A stretch of 64,000 nt of DNA from a virus. The translations under genes were made by a program, and so were the position numbers. Shown one piece after another: positions 11,017 through 20,579 of this stretch. The DNA is taken from positions 24,494 to 88,493 of IMG/VR virus record IMGVR_UViG_3300048694_001042; one strand, 5' to 3'. Every line of letters starts with the position of its first letter. The first letter of the stretch is position 1. The notes beneath the pieces are model-generated. The model was not told the DNA's origin, searched no databases, and saw only the letters and a list, made by a program, of their open reading frames with translations.

Positions 11017-11217
11017 ATGATACATATTAGACGCGAAGGCGGGCTCCTTCACAATGGTTTTAATTTTTATTCGTTAACAGACAAAAACAGTTTTGGATTT
11101 TTGTTTAGGTATGGTCCTTACATGCCACAGACGAATTTGGGTTCTAAAGTTTACTGTTTTAGATACAGCAAACAAACAAAAAAATGGATAATCGGACATG
11201 TCGCAAGCTCAATATAA
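11017..11217 (+). CDS. hypothetical protein
   Basis: short ORF filling the gap before nrdB; start uncertain. Confidence 0.45.
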   Translation: MIHIRREGGLLHNGFNFYSLTDKNSFGFLFRYGPYMPQTNLGSKVYCFRYSKQTKKWIIGHVASSI

Positions 11218-12298
11218 CTTAAAAACAAAAACAGATTACTTGCAACGCAAGATGTTTCTGGACCCAGCCGGTCCGGTCACTATTCAACGCTTTGAAGAAG
11301 TCAAGTACAACAAGATTGTGAAGTTTGAACAAGAAGCACGTGGTTTCTTTTGGGTACCAGAAGAAATCTCATTGACCAAAGATGCTCAGGATTTCAAAGA
11401 CGCCAGCGAAACTGTGAAACATATTTTCACTAGTAACTTGTTGCGCCAAACAGCATTGGACAGTTTGCAAGGTCGTGGACCCAGTCAAATTTTTACACCT
11501 GTGGTGAGCTTGCCTGAACTGGAAGCCTTGGTCTACAACTGGACCTTTTTTGAAACAAACATCCACAGTCGTAGTTATTCGCACATCATTCGCAACATCT
11601 ACAACGTGCCCAAGGATGTGTTTAATACCATTCACGACACTGAAGAAATTGTGAACATGGCTTCAAGTGTGGGCCGGTATTATGATCACTTGCACATGGT
11701 CAACTGTGAAAAAGAACTAGAAGTTCCTGTTAAAGAACAACCACATGTCAAAGCCATTTGGCTGGCACTGAATGCCAGTTATGCACTGGAAGCGTTCCGC
11801 TTCATGGTTAGCTTTGCCACAAGCCTGGCCATGGTCGAAAACAAGATCTTCATTGGCAACGGCAACATCATCAGTTTGATTCTGCAAGATGAAATCCTGC
11901 ACAAAGAATGGACTGCTTGGATTATCAACCAAGTGGTCAAAGAAGATCCACGTTTTGCCGCTGCCAAGGCAGAATGCGAAGCAGAAGTCTATGCCATGTA
12001 CATGGACGTTATTAGAGAAGAAAAAGCATGGGCAGATTACCTGTTCAAGTTCGGTCCTGTTATTGGATTGAATGCCGCTATCCTGCGAGACTTTGTGGAC
12101 TATACTGCGGCCGCTGCGCTCAAGGAAATTGGTATCAAGTATCAAAGCCCTGCACCCAAGAGCACGCCCATTCCTTGGTTCAACAAACATGTGGATACAC
12201 ACAAGAAACAAACAGCACTGCAAGAAAATGAAAGCACCAACTATGTGATTGGTGTTCTTGACGGCAAAGTGGATTACGATTCATTACCAGATTTATAA
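11198..12298 (+). CDS. nrdB: ribonucleotide reductase class Ia beta subunit
   Basis: FWVPEEI, ETNIHSRSY, DEILH diiron motifs. Confidence 0.95.
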   Translation: MSQAQYNLKTKTDYLQRKMFLDPAGPVTIQRFEEVKYNKIVKFEQEARGFFWVPEEISLTKDAQDFKDASETVKHIFTSNLLRQTALDSLQGRGPSQIFTPVVSLPELEALVYNWTFFETNIHSRSYSHIIRNIYNVPKDVFNTIHDTEEIVNMASSVGRYYDHLHMVNCEKELEVPVKEQPHVKAIWLALNASYALEAFRFMVSFATSLAMVENKIFIGNGNIISLILQDEILHKEWTAWIINQVVKEDPRFAAAKAECEAEVYAMYMDVIREEKAWADYLFKFGPVIGLNAAILRDFVDYTAAAALKEIGIKYQSPAPKSTPIPWFNKHVDTHKKQTALQENESTNYVIGVLDGKVDYDSLPDL

Positions 12299-12308
12299 GG
12301 AGAATAAA

Positions 12309-12542
12309 ATGAAAGCAACAGTATGGAGTAAAAATGGATGCGGATTTTGCTCACAGGCAAAAGCACTGCTGGAAAGCAAGGGCATCGAATACGAAGAGCG
12401 AAATATTACCAACAGCAACTGGACCCGAGATGATTTGCTAACTGCGGTACCCACTGCCAAAACTCTGCCACAGATTTTTCTTGGCGAAGAATACATCGGT
12501 GGTTACACTGAATTGAGAAAAAAATTAACAGAAAGTGCATGA
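12309..12542 (+). CDS. glutaredoxin
   Basis: CGFC active site, TLPQIF, IGGY; AAGGAG SD before ATG 12309. Confidence 0.9.
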   Translation: MKATVWSKNGCGFCSQAKALLESKGIEYEERNITNSNWTRDDLLTAVPTAKTLPQIFLGEEYIGGYTELRKKLTESA

Positions 12543-12844
12543 TGACATTAGAAGTAGGAAAAGTATATACATTTAAGATGAACTCTGGCGAGGAAATGAT
12601 TGCCAAGTATCACAGCGAGGTAGTAGGAAACTATATTGCAGTCACTGATCCAGTGAGCGTGGCGCCTGGGCCAAAAGGCATGGGCCTGGTACCCAGCTTG
12701 TTTACTGGAAACCCCGATCAAAGTGTCACTATAAATACTAACTGTATTGCTATGTATGTGGAAACTGACGATGCTGTCAGGGGCAAATATACAGAAGCAA
12801 CCACTGGTATTCAAGTGCCAGACAAAAAAATTATAATGGGATAA
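12539..12844 (+). CDS. hypothetical protein (possible Sm-like fold)
   Basis: FKMNSGEEMIAK pattern. Confidence 0.6.
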   Translation: MMTLEVGKVYTFKMNSGEEMIAKYHSEVVGNYIAVTDPVSVAPGPKGMGLVPSLFTGNPDQSVTINTNCIAMYVETDDAVRGKYTEATTGIQVPDKKIIMG

Positions 12845-12845
12845 C

Positions 12846-13130
12846 ATGCCACCAGTGCAACGACAAGGCGATCCAAACACAGCAGGGGGAACAAACACCA
12901 GTGGTGTGAGTTCGGTGCGAGTGAACGGAAAGCCTATTGTTGTTGATGGCACAGTGGTCAGTAGCCATGCACCCTGGGGAAGACCTCATCCGCCGCATGA
13001 AGCTGCTACCACAACAGGCGGCGTGGGCTCTGTGCGTGCAGGCAATATTCCGGTCAATGTTGATGGCAATGCTGACACATGTGGTCACACTAGAACCGCA
13101 GGTTCGGGCGATGTAAGGGCAGGCGGATAA
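12846..13130 (+). CDS. PAAR-type tail spike tip protein
   Basis: RQGD, VRVNGKP, His-rich HAP..HPPH, CGH..GSGDV. Confidence 0.8.
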   Translation: MPPVQRQGDPNTAGGTNTSGVSSVRVNGKPIVVDGTVVSSHAPWGRPHPPHEAATTTGGVGSVRAGNIPVNVDGNADTCGHTRTAGSGDVRAGG

Positions 13131-15097
13131 TGGGTTTGCTTACTCCACTGCAACTTACTGCGGCTTCGGCATTATTGGATAATTCTGGCATTGCGTTAAA
13201 TTCAGAATGGCAAGATCAATTGCAGGCTTATCAATCTACAGAGTTGATTGCCAACTGGCAAAACGCTGTGAATTATTATAATTCTCGCAGTTGGAAAACC
13301 GACAACACTCTGGCTTTGTTATTGAGAATGGGCGCTTCAATTTTCCCGGCGCTGGGCAATAGCATTCCAACTGGTGCACCAACACCACGACCCATTGAAG
13401 GTCCAGTAACAACAGGATTTGTGGGCCTGATTGAAAATACTGGAAATTTATACCTAGGAGACGGTAACGTAGGTAAATTTGCTCTTTCCTTCATGGCAGC
13501 ACAAGGGTATATCAGTTCAACCAATGTGTTTATCAACAGCGCAGTAAATGCACAGACCTATCTAGGTCCAACATTTACCAACATGAGCAATCTAACAACC
13601 AACAATATCAGTGCATTGAATTCAAATCTAACTGGGTTTGGGGTGGACCTTGGCAATCAAGGCCAGCTTACTGACATGCAAAACCTCAACAACTATGGCA
13701 CACCTGCAGCACTGTTGAAACAAATTTCCAAAGTAGCTGGCTTACAAGGCGGCACATTGAAAATAATTGAAGTTGCGTTAATAGCTGTTGGACTAACCAA
13801 GGCCAACATACTAACATTGATCTCAGGGTCTAGAGACGCCAATCCCACACAGTTTGATCAATACCAACGATTGGCTTATACTGGCATGACCAATGTTGTT
13901 GGTGCTGACCTCCAGCAAGTGTTGAGTATTTTAGATGTTACAACTCCCAACATCGCAACACTAGCAGACTTATTGGATCAGAAAAAAATATTTCCTAACA
14001 GTTGGTCTACACTTACAACTCCCACTGTTAACGGACCCGTGCCGGTTTATCAAGACAACGGCAGTACTAATTTTGCACTGGCCACAGAAGTAGCTGCATA
14101 TTTGCCTACAGCCAGTGGTTGCGAAGAGCTTGGAAAAATAATTCCTCCCGGACAAGCTGTGGCAAATAAATCTGTCCAAGTCGGACTGCAACAAATCACT
14201 GGTATTGCGTCAACTACCTTGCCCAAGCTTGCACAAACAGTTTTGGGACAATGCAAAAACGTATGGTCAGTTAATAAAATTTATCTAGCCGATAGCTGTG
14301 TGGCCAATGGCCAACCCATACCCACTTATTATCGAGCACAGCAAGATGTTCCTGCTGGCATTGATATCAACAACACTGATTATTGGTTGCCCACATCGTT
14401 GGGTGGCATCAGTACCATGGCAGGATTACCAGACATTCAAGCACAAACTACAGCGTTGCCTGCTGAAGTTGTTGCATACTATGATACTCTTGCTACAGGT
14501 ACTGGACCCAACGGAACATTGACCACATGCGATTTATTTGGCACTGCTGCTGGCAGCGGATACATTGAAAAATTAGCTACAGTTACAGGAATAATCAATT
14601 CTTTGAATTCAATAGGTGAACTAAACACATTGAAAAATGTTTACATTAACATGTTGTCAGCAACCAACGATTCTCAAATGTTAAGCTACATCAGTGCTGC
14701 CAATACTAACATTCTTTCTATTAGTACAAATTATCCAGAAGCTGCCGGAATAGCAAATACTGCATGGATGTGGATGGCTACAAAACTTGCTACAGAAAAA
14801 AACAATCAAACCAAAGCTGGCATTGACTACGATAATTTGCCAGACAACAATCAAACCAGTGTTTATGGATTTGTGCAAAATCTACCGCAGTACGGACTTC
14901 AAGTTGATGCTTGCGGTGCAGGTGATTTCCTGGATCAGGTCGCTGACCTTTCTGTAATCGGTGGGCAAGCGATTGTTGGAACCATGCGCGAAGCCAGAAA
15001 CAATCAACGCCTTGGCGCCGCACAATTGGCGCAAAATACCACACCTTCCACAGGTTTTGCAGTAACGCCTGCGCCTGCAGTTGTTCCTGTAAACTAA
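13130..15097 (+). CDS. large putative virion structural protein
   Basis: 655 aa N/T/G/A-rich ORF directly after PAAR. Confidence 0.6.
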   Translation: MGLLTPLQLTAASALLDNSGIALNSEWQDQLQAYQSTELIANWQNAVNYYNSRSWKTDNTLALLLRMGASIFPALGNSIPTGAPTPRPIEGPVTTGFVGLIENTGNLYLGDGNVGKFALSFMAAQGYISSTNVFINSAVNAQTYLGPTFTNMSNLTTNNISALNSNLTGFGVDLGNQGQLTDMQNLNNYGTPAALLKQISKVAGLQGGTLKIIEVALIAVGLTKANILTLISGSRDANPTQFDQYQRLAYTGMTNVVGADLQQVLSILDVTTPNIATLADLLDQKKIFPNSWSTLTTPTVNGPVPVYQDNGSTNFALATEVAAYLPTASGCEELGKIIPPGQAVANKSVQVGLQQITGIASTTLPKLAQTVLGQCKNVWSVNKIYLADSCVANGQPIPTYYRAQQDVPAGIDINNTDYWLPTSLGGISTMAGLPDIQAQTTALPAEVVAYYDTLATGTGPNGTLTTCDLFGTAAGSGYIEKLATVTGIINSLNSIGELNTLKNVYINMLSATNDSQMLSYISAANTNILSISTNYPEAAGIANTAWMWMATKLATEKNNQTKAGIDYDNLPDNNQTSVYGFVQNLPQYGLQVDACGAGDFLDQVADLSVIGGQAIVGTMREARNNQRLGAAQLAQNTTPSTGFAVTPAPAVVPVN

Positions 15098-15138
15098 AGT
15101 ATACATTTTTAGGTTAGTACACACTTACCCGAAAACAG

Positions 15139-15167
15139 TTGACCAAAAATAGCTATTTTGCTATAAT
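15139..15167 (+). promoter_or_regulatory. sigma70-like early promoter
   Basis: TTGACC-17 nt-TATAAT with extended TG. Confidence 0.75.
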
Positions 15168-15173
15168 AACAAC

Positions 15174-15293
15174 ATGAACAACAAAACACCAGTCGAAACG
15201 CCCGAAGACGAGTACACCACAGGCATGGACATTGCTGACAGTGTCGGGCTCATTGCTTTGTGCGTGTTGATTGTGCTGGCACTGTCAATCTAA
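15174..15293 (+). CDS. 39 aa membrane peptide, probably leaderless
   Basis: MNNKTPVE...VGLIALCVLIVLALSI; ATG 6 nt after TATAAT. Confidence 0.5.
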   Translation: MNNKTPVETPEDEYTTGMDIADSVGLIALCVLIVLALSI

Positions 15294-15296
15294 CGG

Positions 15297-15325
15297 TTGA
15301 CCAATATTTCCCATTTTGCTATAAT
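15297..15325 (+). promoter_or_regulatory. sigma70-like early promoter
   Basis: TTGACC-17-TATAAT; leader nearly identical to that at 41928. Confidence 0.8.
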
Positions 15326-15357
15326 TGAAACATAGCGTAACAAAACAGGAGTTTGAG

Positions 15358-15630
15358 ATGAATATCAAAGACGTCAATTCTGCGATTATTTCTGGCATTT
15401 ACACCAACGACGATCTCAACAGCATTGCTGAAGCACTAAAATATGCTCGCGCTCAACTTGGAAAATTAAACCGTCGTGGCATGTTGCCCGGCGACACTGT
15501 GCGGTTTACCAGCAACCGCAACGGTATCACCTACACTGGTACAGTGACCAAAGTCAAAATTAAAAACGTTCTTGTTCGCACCAACGCTGGCATGTTCAAC
15601 GTTCCTGCTAACATGTTGGAGGCAGTTTGA
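15358..15630 (+). CDS. hypothetical protein (possible SH3/KOW-like C-terminus)
   Basis: AGGAG SD; PGDTVRF..GTVTKV pattern. Confidence 0.65.
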   Translation: MNIKDVNSAIISGIYTNDDLNSIAEALKYARAQLGKLNRRGMLPGDTVRFTSNRNGITYTGTVTKVKIKNVLVRTNAGMFNVPANMLEAV

Positions 15631-15745
15631 TGTTTTGGGTGATTGATAAAAAAGGCGCCAAGTTTGTGTTCAAACGCATCGACGATCTGTTTGACTTCAT
15701 TGCAGTTTGCGGTGCAAACAACATTGTTGAAGGGTGGGCAGGGAT

Positions 15746-15904
15746 ATGAACTTCCGGCAGTGGTGCCGCGAAAAGTGGTTTGAGCACAAAGACGAACTAG
15801 AAGCGTACGGCCAGAAATTGCCATATACTTCGCAAGAATACTTTGCCCGATACAAATTCTGGCTCAAGCGCGAATATCGTCATCAACACAATGCAAATCG
15901 ATAA
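15746..15904 (+). CDS. hypothetical protein (52 aa)
   Basis: MNFRQWCREKWFEH...; fills gap between neighbours. Confidence 0.5.
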   Translation: MNFRQWCREKWFEHKDELEAYGQKLPYTSQEYFARYKFWLKREYRHQHNANR

Positions 15905-15920
15905 AAGGTGGTATGTAACT

Positions 15921-16361
15921 ATGGGACTGGATCAATACGCATACGTGGCCGCAAAGGCCGGGCAACGAGAAGAATTTTACGAAACGTCAGAGTACAACGA
16001 AGAAACCAAGGAGTGGGTTAGCAAAACTGCCAAGCCCCGTGAAATTGCCTACTGGCGCAAGCATCCTAACCTGCAGGGATGGATGGAACGGTTGTGGGAA
16101 CACAAACTGGCCGCCCAAGGCCAAATTCCCGAAGCAGGACAATTTGGTAGCACATTCAATGGAGTTGAGCTAGAGCTTACATGGGAAGACCTTGACGCCT
16201 TGGAACGGGCTGTGACACACAACCAACTGCCCGAGACCACAGGTTTCTTCTTTGGCAATCCTTCTGATGAGCATTATCGCGAACAGGATCTTGCGTTTAT
16301 CCGCGAGGCCCGAGCAGAGTTGTTCTTGGGACTCAAAGTATTTTACAATTCCAGTTGGTAA
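15921..16361 (+). CDS. conserved phage protein (MGLDQY family)
   Basis: MGLDQY, YWRKHPNLQGWM, GFFFG, YNSSW motifs. Confidence 0.75.
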   Translation: MGLDQYAYVAAKAGQREEFYETSEYNEETKEWVSKTAKPREIAYWRKHPNLQGWMERLWEHKLAAQGQIPEAGQFGSTFNGVELELTWEDLDALERAVTHNQLPETTGFFFGNPSDEHYREQDLAFIREARAELFLGLKVFYNSSW

Positions 16362-16555
16362 TGCTCAAGCAAGACATCCTCGACTCAAAAGGCAACGTGT
16401 ACGCCACAGTTAAGTTTGATGGCACCATGTTGTCATTCTGCAACTTACAGCCATACAATCTGACCTTTGTCATGGATGCCCGAGTGGTCGAGCAACTGCT
16501 ACCAATTTTACAAAGCATCAAGTTAATTCAGTGGACCGGAGCCGTAAATAAATGA
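16361..16555 (+). CDS. hypothetical protein
   Basis: TAATG/ATGA overlaps. Confidence 0.55.
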   Translation: MLKQDILDSKGNVYATVKFDGTMLSFCNLQPYNLTFVMDARVVEQLLPILQSIKLIQWTGAVNK

Positions 16556-17928
16556 TAGATTACACAGAAGATAGGTTTATTGGAACTATGGCATCAGGTT
16601 GGATCCGCGACTTGGAAAGTTCTGACAGTCGTTTGCATAAAGAGGCAGTGATTGAAAAAGCTCTCATGGCTGCAAAGCTAGGATCAGCAGAAGCGCAGGC
16701 GTTCTTGTTCAACTGTTACCAAGCCTACAATCCGTACTATACATTCCATGTCAAACAAGTACCAGAAGTTAGCGACCACCGAGACCGTCCCAATGCATGG
16801 CCTAAGTTTTGGGCACTGCTAGAAGCACTTCGTACTCGTTCAACTACAGGTAACTCAGCTCGTGAAGCCATTGTGGAATGTGCTGAACTGTTCGATGATG
16901 CTGAGTGGAATACAGTTTGTCGGCGTGTTATTATCAAGGACCTGCGTTGCGGCATCTCAGAAAAGACCTTAAACAAAATTCTTAAAAACACCGATTGGGA
17001 GATTCCGGTATTCAGTTGCCAGCTGGCACAAGATTCAACTGATCAACCCCGGAAGCTCACAGGCTTCAAACGCCTTGAGCCCAAGCTGGATGGGGTGCGT
17101 GTGTTAGCTGTGGTGCAAGGCATGAACGTGAGCTTGTTCAGCCGCAATGGCAAAGAGTTTGCCAACTTCCCCCAGATTGCCAAGGATATTAACATCTACC
17201 GCAGAGCATTCCAAAACAATCTTGGCTCAGGTGGTCGTTTTGTGCTGGACGGCGAAGTAACTGGCGAGAGTTTCCAAAAGCTCATGAAGCAAGCACATCG
17301 AAAAAGTGATGCCCAAACCGATGGTATGGTGTACAACATCTTTGACGTTGTTCCTTTGGACGACTTCCAGCGCGGTTATTGGAACGCTCAACAATACAAG
17401 CGTTTTGAAATTCTAGATCGCGCCCGCGGCGCACTAGAAGATGCCACAGGCGGTCACAGCCTGAGAGTTGTAAGCGGACTGGAAGTAGATCTAGGCACAG
17501 CTGAGGGCCACGATATTATGAATCGCTATGCCCAAGATTGTGTGGCAGAAGGCTACGAAGGCATCATGATCAAAAGCATGGATGCTCCGTATGTGTGCAA
17601 ACGAGCAGACTACTGGATGAAATGGAAGCCTACTATTTCAGTAGATTTGACCATTGTGGGTTTTGAAGAAGGTACCGGTCGTAACGAAAACCGACTTGGT
17701 GCTATAATTTGTGAAGGAGTTGACAATGATCGTAACATACGAGTTAATGTTGGTAGCGGTTTTAGTGATAGCGATCGTGATGAGTATTGGTCCGGAAGGG
17801 ATAGCCTGCTTGGGCACTTGGTTGAAGTCCAAGCTGACGCAGTTACGCAAAACCAAGACGGATCATACAGTTTGAGGTTCCCCCGATTCCTACGTTTCCG
17901 TGATTTTGAAGCAGGCGAAAAGTTGTGA
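16552..17928 (+). CDS. ATP-dependent DNA ligase
   Basis: KLDGVR, LDGE, EGIMIK, VGSGF, SLRFPRF motifs. Confidence 0.95.
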   Translation: MIDYTEDRFIGTMASGWIRDLESSDSRLHKEAVIEKALMAAKLGSAEAQAFLFNCYQAYNPYYTFHVKQVPEVSDHRDRPNAWPKFWALLEALRTRSTTGNSAREAIVECAELFDDAEWNTVCRRVIIKDLRCGISEKTLNKILKNTDWEIPVFSCQLAQDSTDQPRKLTGFKRLEPKLDGVRVLAVVQGMNVSLFSRNGKEFANFPQIAKDINIYRRAFQNNLGSGGRFVLDGEVTGESFQKLMKQAHRKSDAQTDGMVYNIFDVVPLDDFQRGYWNAQQYKRFEILDRARGALEDATGGHSLRVVSGLEVDLGTAEGHDIMNRYAQDCVAEGYEGIMIKSMDAPYVCKRADYWMKWKPTISVDLTIVGFEEGTGRNENRLGAIICEGVDNDRNIRVNVGSGFSDSDRDEYWSGRDSLLGHLVEVQADAVTQNQDGSYSLRFPRFLRFRDFEAGEKL

Positions 17929-18152
17929 GACGCTGGGACGAGGATTCAGATCTGTGGCTGTTTACCATGTCAGAGTTTCAACAGCTTCCTGATGGTATTG
18001 TGCTAGAAAGCATCGATGGCAAAAAAGCAGTAAAAGGTCTGGATCGCATCGGCCACGATCAACGTGCTAGGTATATTGCTTGGGGAATACGAGATCCTTT
18101 CAATCATGAACTAGGGCCATTGTTTACAAAGTTTGTGTTAGAAACAAAATGA
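17925..18152 (+). CDS. hypothetical protein
   Basis: GTGA overlap with ligase stop. Confidence 0.55.
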   Translation: MRRWDEDSDLWLFTMSEFQQLPDGIVLESIDGKKAVKGLDRIGHDQRARYIAWGIRDPFNHELGPLFTKFVLETK

Positions 18153-18613
18153 AGAAAGTCTACTATGAAAAGATCGGGCGCAAATATGTGCCTGTTAGCG
18201 AGTACGATGGCGATTATCATCTGAGTTTTCCTAAAGGTAATCACCTTGTTATGTGTTATCCTGGTGGCTCCTCACGTAGGTTCAACGTCGAACCTGCCCT
18301 GGCTCCAATGATTGCTGCCGGCCGCTTTGCTGAAGACAAAATGTGTGAAGCTGTTTATGAGGCAGCTTCCATGCATCGCCAAGAGCACCAAGGCACAGAG
18401 CTAACCCCCGAGCAACTTTGCGCCTGGCGCAATTTTGAAAAAGTCATGGGCGAGCGTGGCAAGTATGTGCAATTCAAAAGCACACACGACATTGTAGGAG
18501 CTGGACTTCGGGTGTTGGAAAAAGAAGCCGCTGAACTCATGACACACCCAGCAGTTCGTGACGCCTACGAACAGTTCCAAGCAGTTTGCAAATTGGTTAA
18601 ACAAACCAGTTGA
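18149..18613 (+). CDS. hypothetical protein
   Basis: 154 aa, ATGA overlap. Confidence 0.65.
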   Translation: MKKVYYEKIGRKYVPVSEYDGDYHLSFPKGNHLVMCYPGGSSRRFNVEPALAPMIAAGRFAEDKMCEAVYEAASMHRQEHQGTELTPEQLCAWRNFEKVMGERGKYVQFKSTHDIVGAGLRVLEKEAAELMTHPAVRDAYEQFQAVCKLVKQTS

Positions 18614-18637
18614 CATCTACGCAATCTGTTGTATAAT
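18610..18637 (+). promoter_or_regulatory. sigma70-like promoter
   Basis: TTGACA-16-TATAAT. Confidence 0.65.
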
Positions 18638-18641
18638 CGCT

Positions 18642-18799
18642 AGGCATGGTCCAGGAGGTTGTGCTGCTCAATGGAGAAAGCGGAAACGATTGGTAACCTA
18701 GGTCCGCTAGAACCCGTGGCAAGTGAGCGTAAGTCACAGAGGTGAGACACTGTCTTGGAGAAATCCAAAACCCAGGCTGGTACCCTGGGGAGTATGCCT
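18642..18799 (+). ncRNA. candidate structured non-coding RNA
   Basis: gene-free gap after a promoter; ends pair (AGGCAT/ATGCCT, CCAGG/CCTGG); internal hairpins with GAAA and GTAA loops. Confidence 0.45.
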
Positions 18800-18829
18800 T
18801 AAAGAACTAAACAGTGAAAGGAATGAAAC

Positions 18830-19138
18830 ATGTCTGTTGAAATTGCGGTTTCTGCGTTGAGTATGCCGCAGTCCCTCGACTCTCTTAAATTGGAAACGCC
18901 CTTGACCATGCACCGTGTTGTTTTCGAAATCTCGTCAGTTGAAACATGGTACAAGATAATGGCCGAAGCAAGAGTGCAATTCGGCAAGAACTGGCGTGCT
19001 CAACCCAGAGTCAAGCGCAGACTCACCAGCTGGAGGAACACCACTCTAAAGGTTTGGTTTGAAGTGCCAGACTCGACTTTTGCAACCTGGTGTGCAGTTA
19101 AATTGGGTGTTCAAGCTGTGGGAGTAGTCAATAAATAA
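18830..19138 (+). CDS. hypothetical protein
   Basis: AAGGA SD; 102 aa. Confidence 0.6.
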   Translation: MSVEIAVSALSMPQSLDSLKLETPLTMHRVVFEISSVETWYKIMAEARVQFGKNWRAQPRVKRRLTSWRNTTLKVWFEVPDSTFATWCAVKLGVQAVGVVNK

Positions 19139-19142
19139 ATCT

Positions 19143-20579
19143 ATGTTTCTCTCATGGTTAATGATGGGCGTGGCACTGAGTCTCAGTGTTATCGCCGCTT
19201 TTTATAGTATAGCAGGTTTGGCTGCTATTTTTGCCGCGGCGGTGGTTCCTATTGTGGTAATGGGAACAATATTAGAAGTCGCCAAGCTCACTGTCACAGT
19301 TTGGTTACACGAGTACTGGCCACGGTGCCGATTCCTTATGAAGGCATACCTGGTACCTGCGGTGGCATTGCTTGCTTTTATTACCAGTATGGGTATATTT
19401 GGATTTCTAAGCAAAGCACACAGTGACCAGGGCATGGTGTCAGGTGACGTGCAAGCCAAGATTGCCATTTACGATGAAAAAATTCAAACCGAACGGGAGA
19501 ACATTGATGCAAATCGCAAGGCGCTTAAACAACTTGATGAGGCAGTGGACCAAGTTATGGCACGCTCAACAGATGAAAAAGGGGCCGATAAGGCCGTGGC
19601 AATACGGCGAGCCCAGCAAAAAGATCGCGCTCGTTTACTTGAAGAAATTAGCAAGAGCCAATTGCGGATTACCGCACTCAACGAAGAACGAGCTCCAATT
19701 GCGGCGGAAGTACGAAAAGTGGAGGCCGAAGTGGGCCCTATCAAGTATATCGCCGCCTTGGTGTATGGGGATAACACCGATGCAAACATTTTAGAACGGG
19801 CAGTGCGTTGGGTCATAATTATTCTAGTAATTGTATTTGACCCATTGGCAATTATGATGCTGTTGGCTGCAACCGAAAGCTTCAAGTGGGAGAAAGAGCC
19901 GCCTGTGGCAGAAACTGTAGTTGATGATGACAAGATTCGAGAAACTGCCAAAGAGCAAGAGCCCGAAATACCAGCGGAGCCTGTGCCCGAAGTTGAAAAG
20001 TCTTGGCAAGAAAAGTATCCATATCTCACTAAACCTTTTGTGCATTTCAGTAATACCAAACCGGTAGTCTATTCGGGCAATCCTGCAGAGTTTCAACAAC
20101 CTTGGCCGGAAGAGAAAAAACAAGAGTTGGTCAAGGTAATGAAGGATATTTTCCCGTCGGACGATTGGTTAGACGGCGAAGAGCATGGTTCAGATGAAGA
20201 AAAGCAAGCCATAAGAGAATGGAAAGCGGCTAATCCTGAACTCACAGTAAAAGCACAGCGAGAACTGCTGGCACGTGGTGAAATTACCGAACTACCTTGG
20301 GCAAGAAAACCCAATTCAACTTTTGGATTTGTGTTTCCTTGGAGCCCAGAAAAAGGCGACACATTTATCAAAACAGATGTGGTGCCCAATGCAATGTACA
20401 AGTTTAACGGAACTCAATGGATGGCCGTTGACAAATCTGTGTTAGACAGTTATACTCATGATACTGCATACATTGATTATCTTATCTCCAAAATATCATC
20501 AGGTGAATATGATCCTGAGCTATTGTCTGAAGACTTGCGTGATCAAGTAGCTGAACGTATCAAACAAACTGACGCATGA
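19143..20579 (+). CDS. multi-pass membrane protein with coiled-coil
   Basis: three N-terminal TM helices, coiled coil, further TM helix at WVIIILVIVFDPLA. Confidence 0.7.
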   Translation: MFLSWLMMGVALSLSVIAAFYSIAGLAAIFAAAVVPIVVMGTILEVAKLTVTVWLHEYWPRCRFLMKAYLVPAVALLAFITSMGIFGFLSKAHSDQGMVSGDVQAKIAIYDEKIQTERENIDANRKALKQLDEAVDQVMARSTDEKGADKAVAIRRAQQKDRARLLEEISKSQLRITALNEERAPIAAEVRKVEAEVGPIKYIAALVYGDNTDANILERAVRWVIIILVIVFDPLAIMMLLAATESFKWEKEPPVAETVVDDDKIRETAKEQEPEIPAEPVPEVEKSWQEKYPYLTKPFVHFSNTKPVVYSGNPAEFQQPWPEEKKQELVKVMKDIFPSDDWLDGEEHGSDEEKQAIREWKAANPELTVKAQRELLARGEITELPWARKPNSTFGFVFPWSPEKGDTFIKTDVVPNAMYKFNGTQWMAVDKSVLDSYTHDTAYIDYLISKISSGEYDPELLSEDLRDQVAERIKQTDA

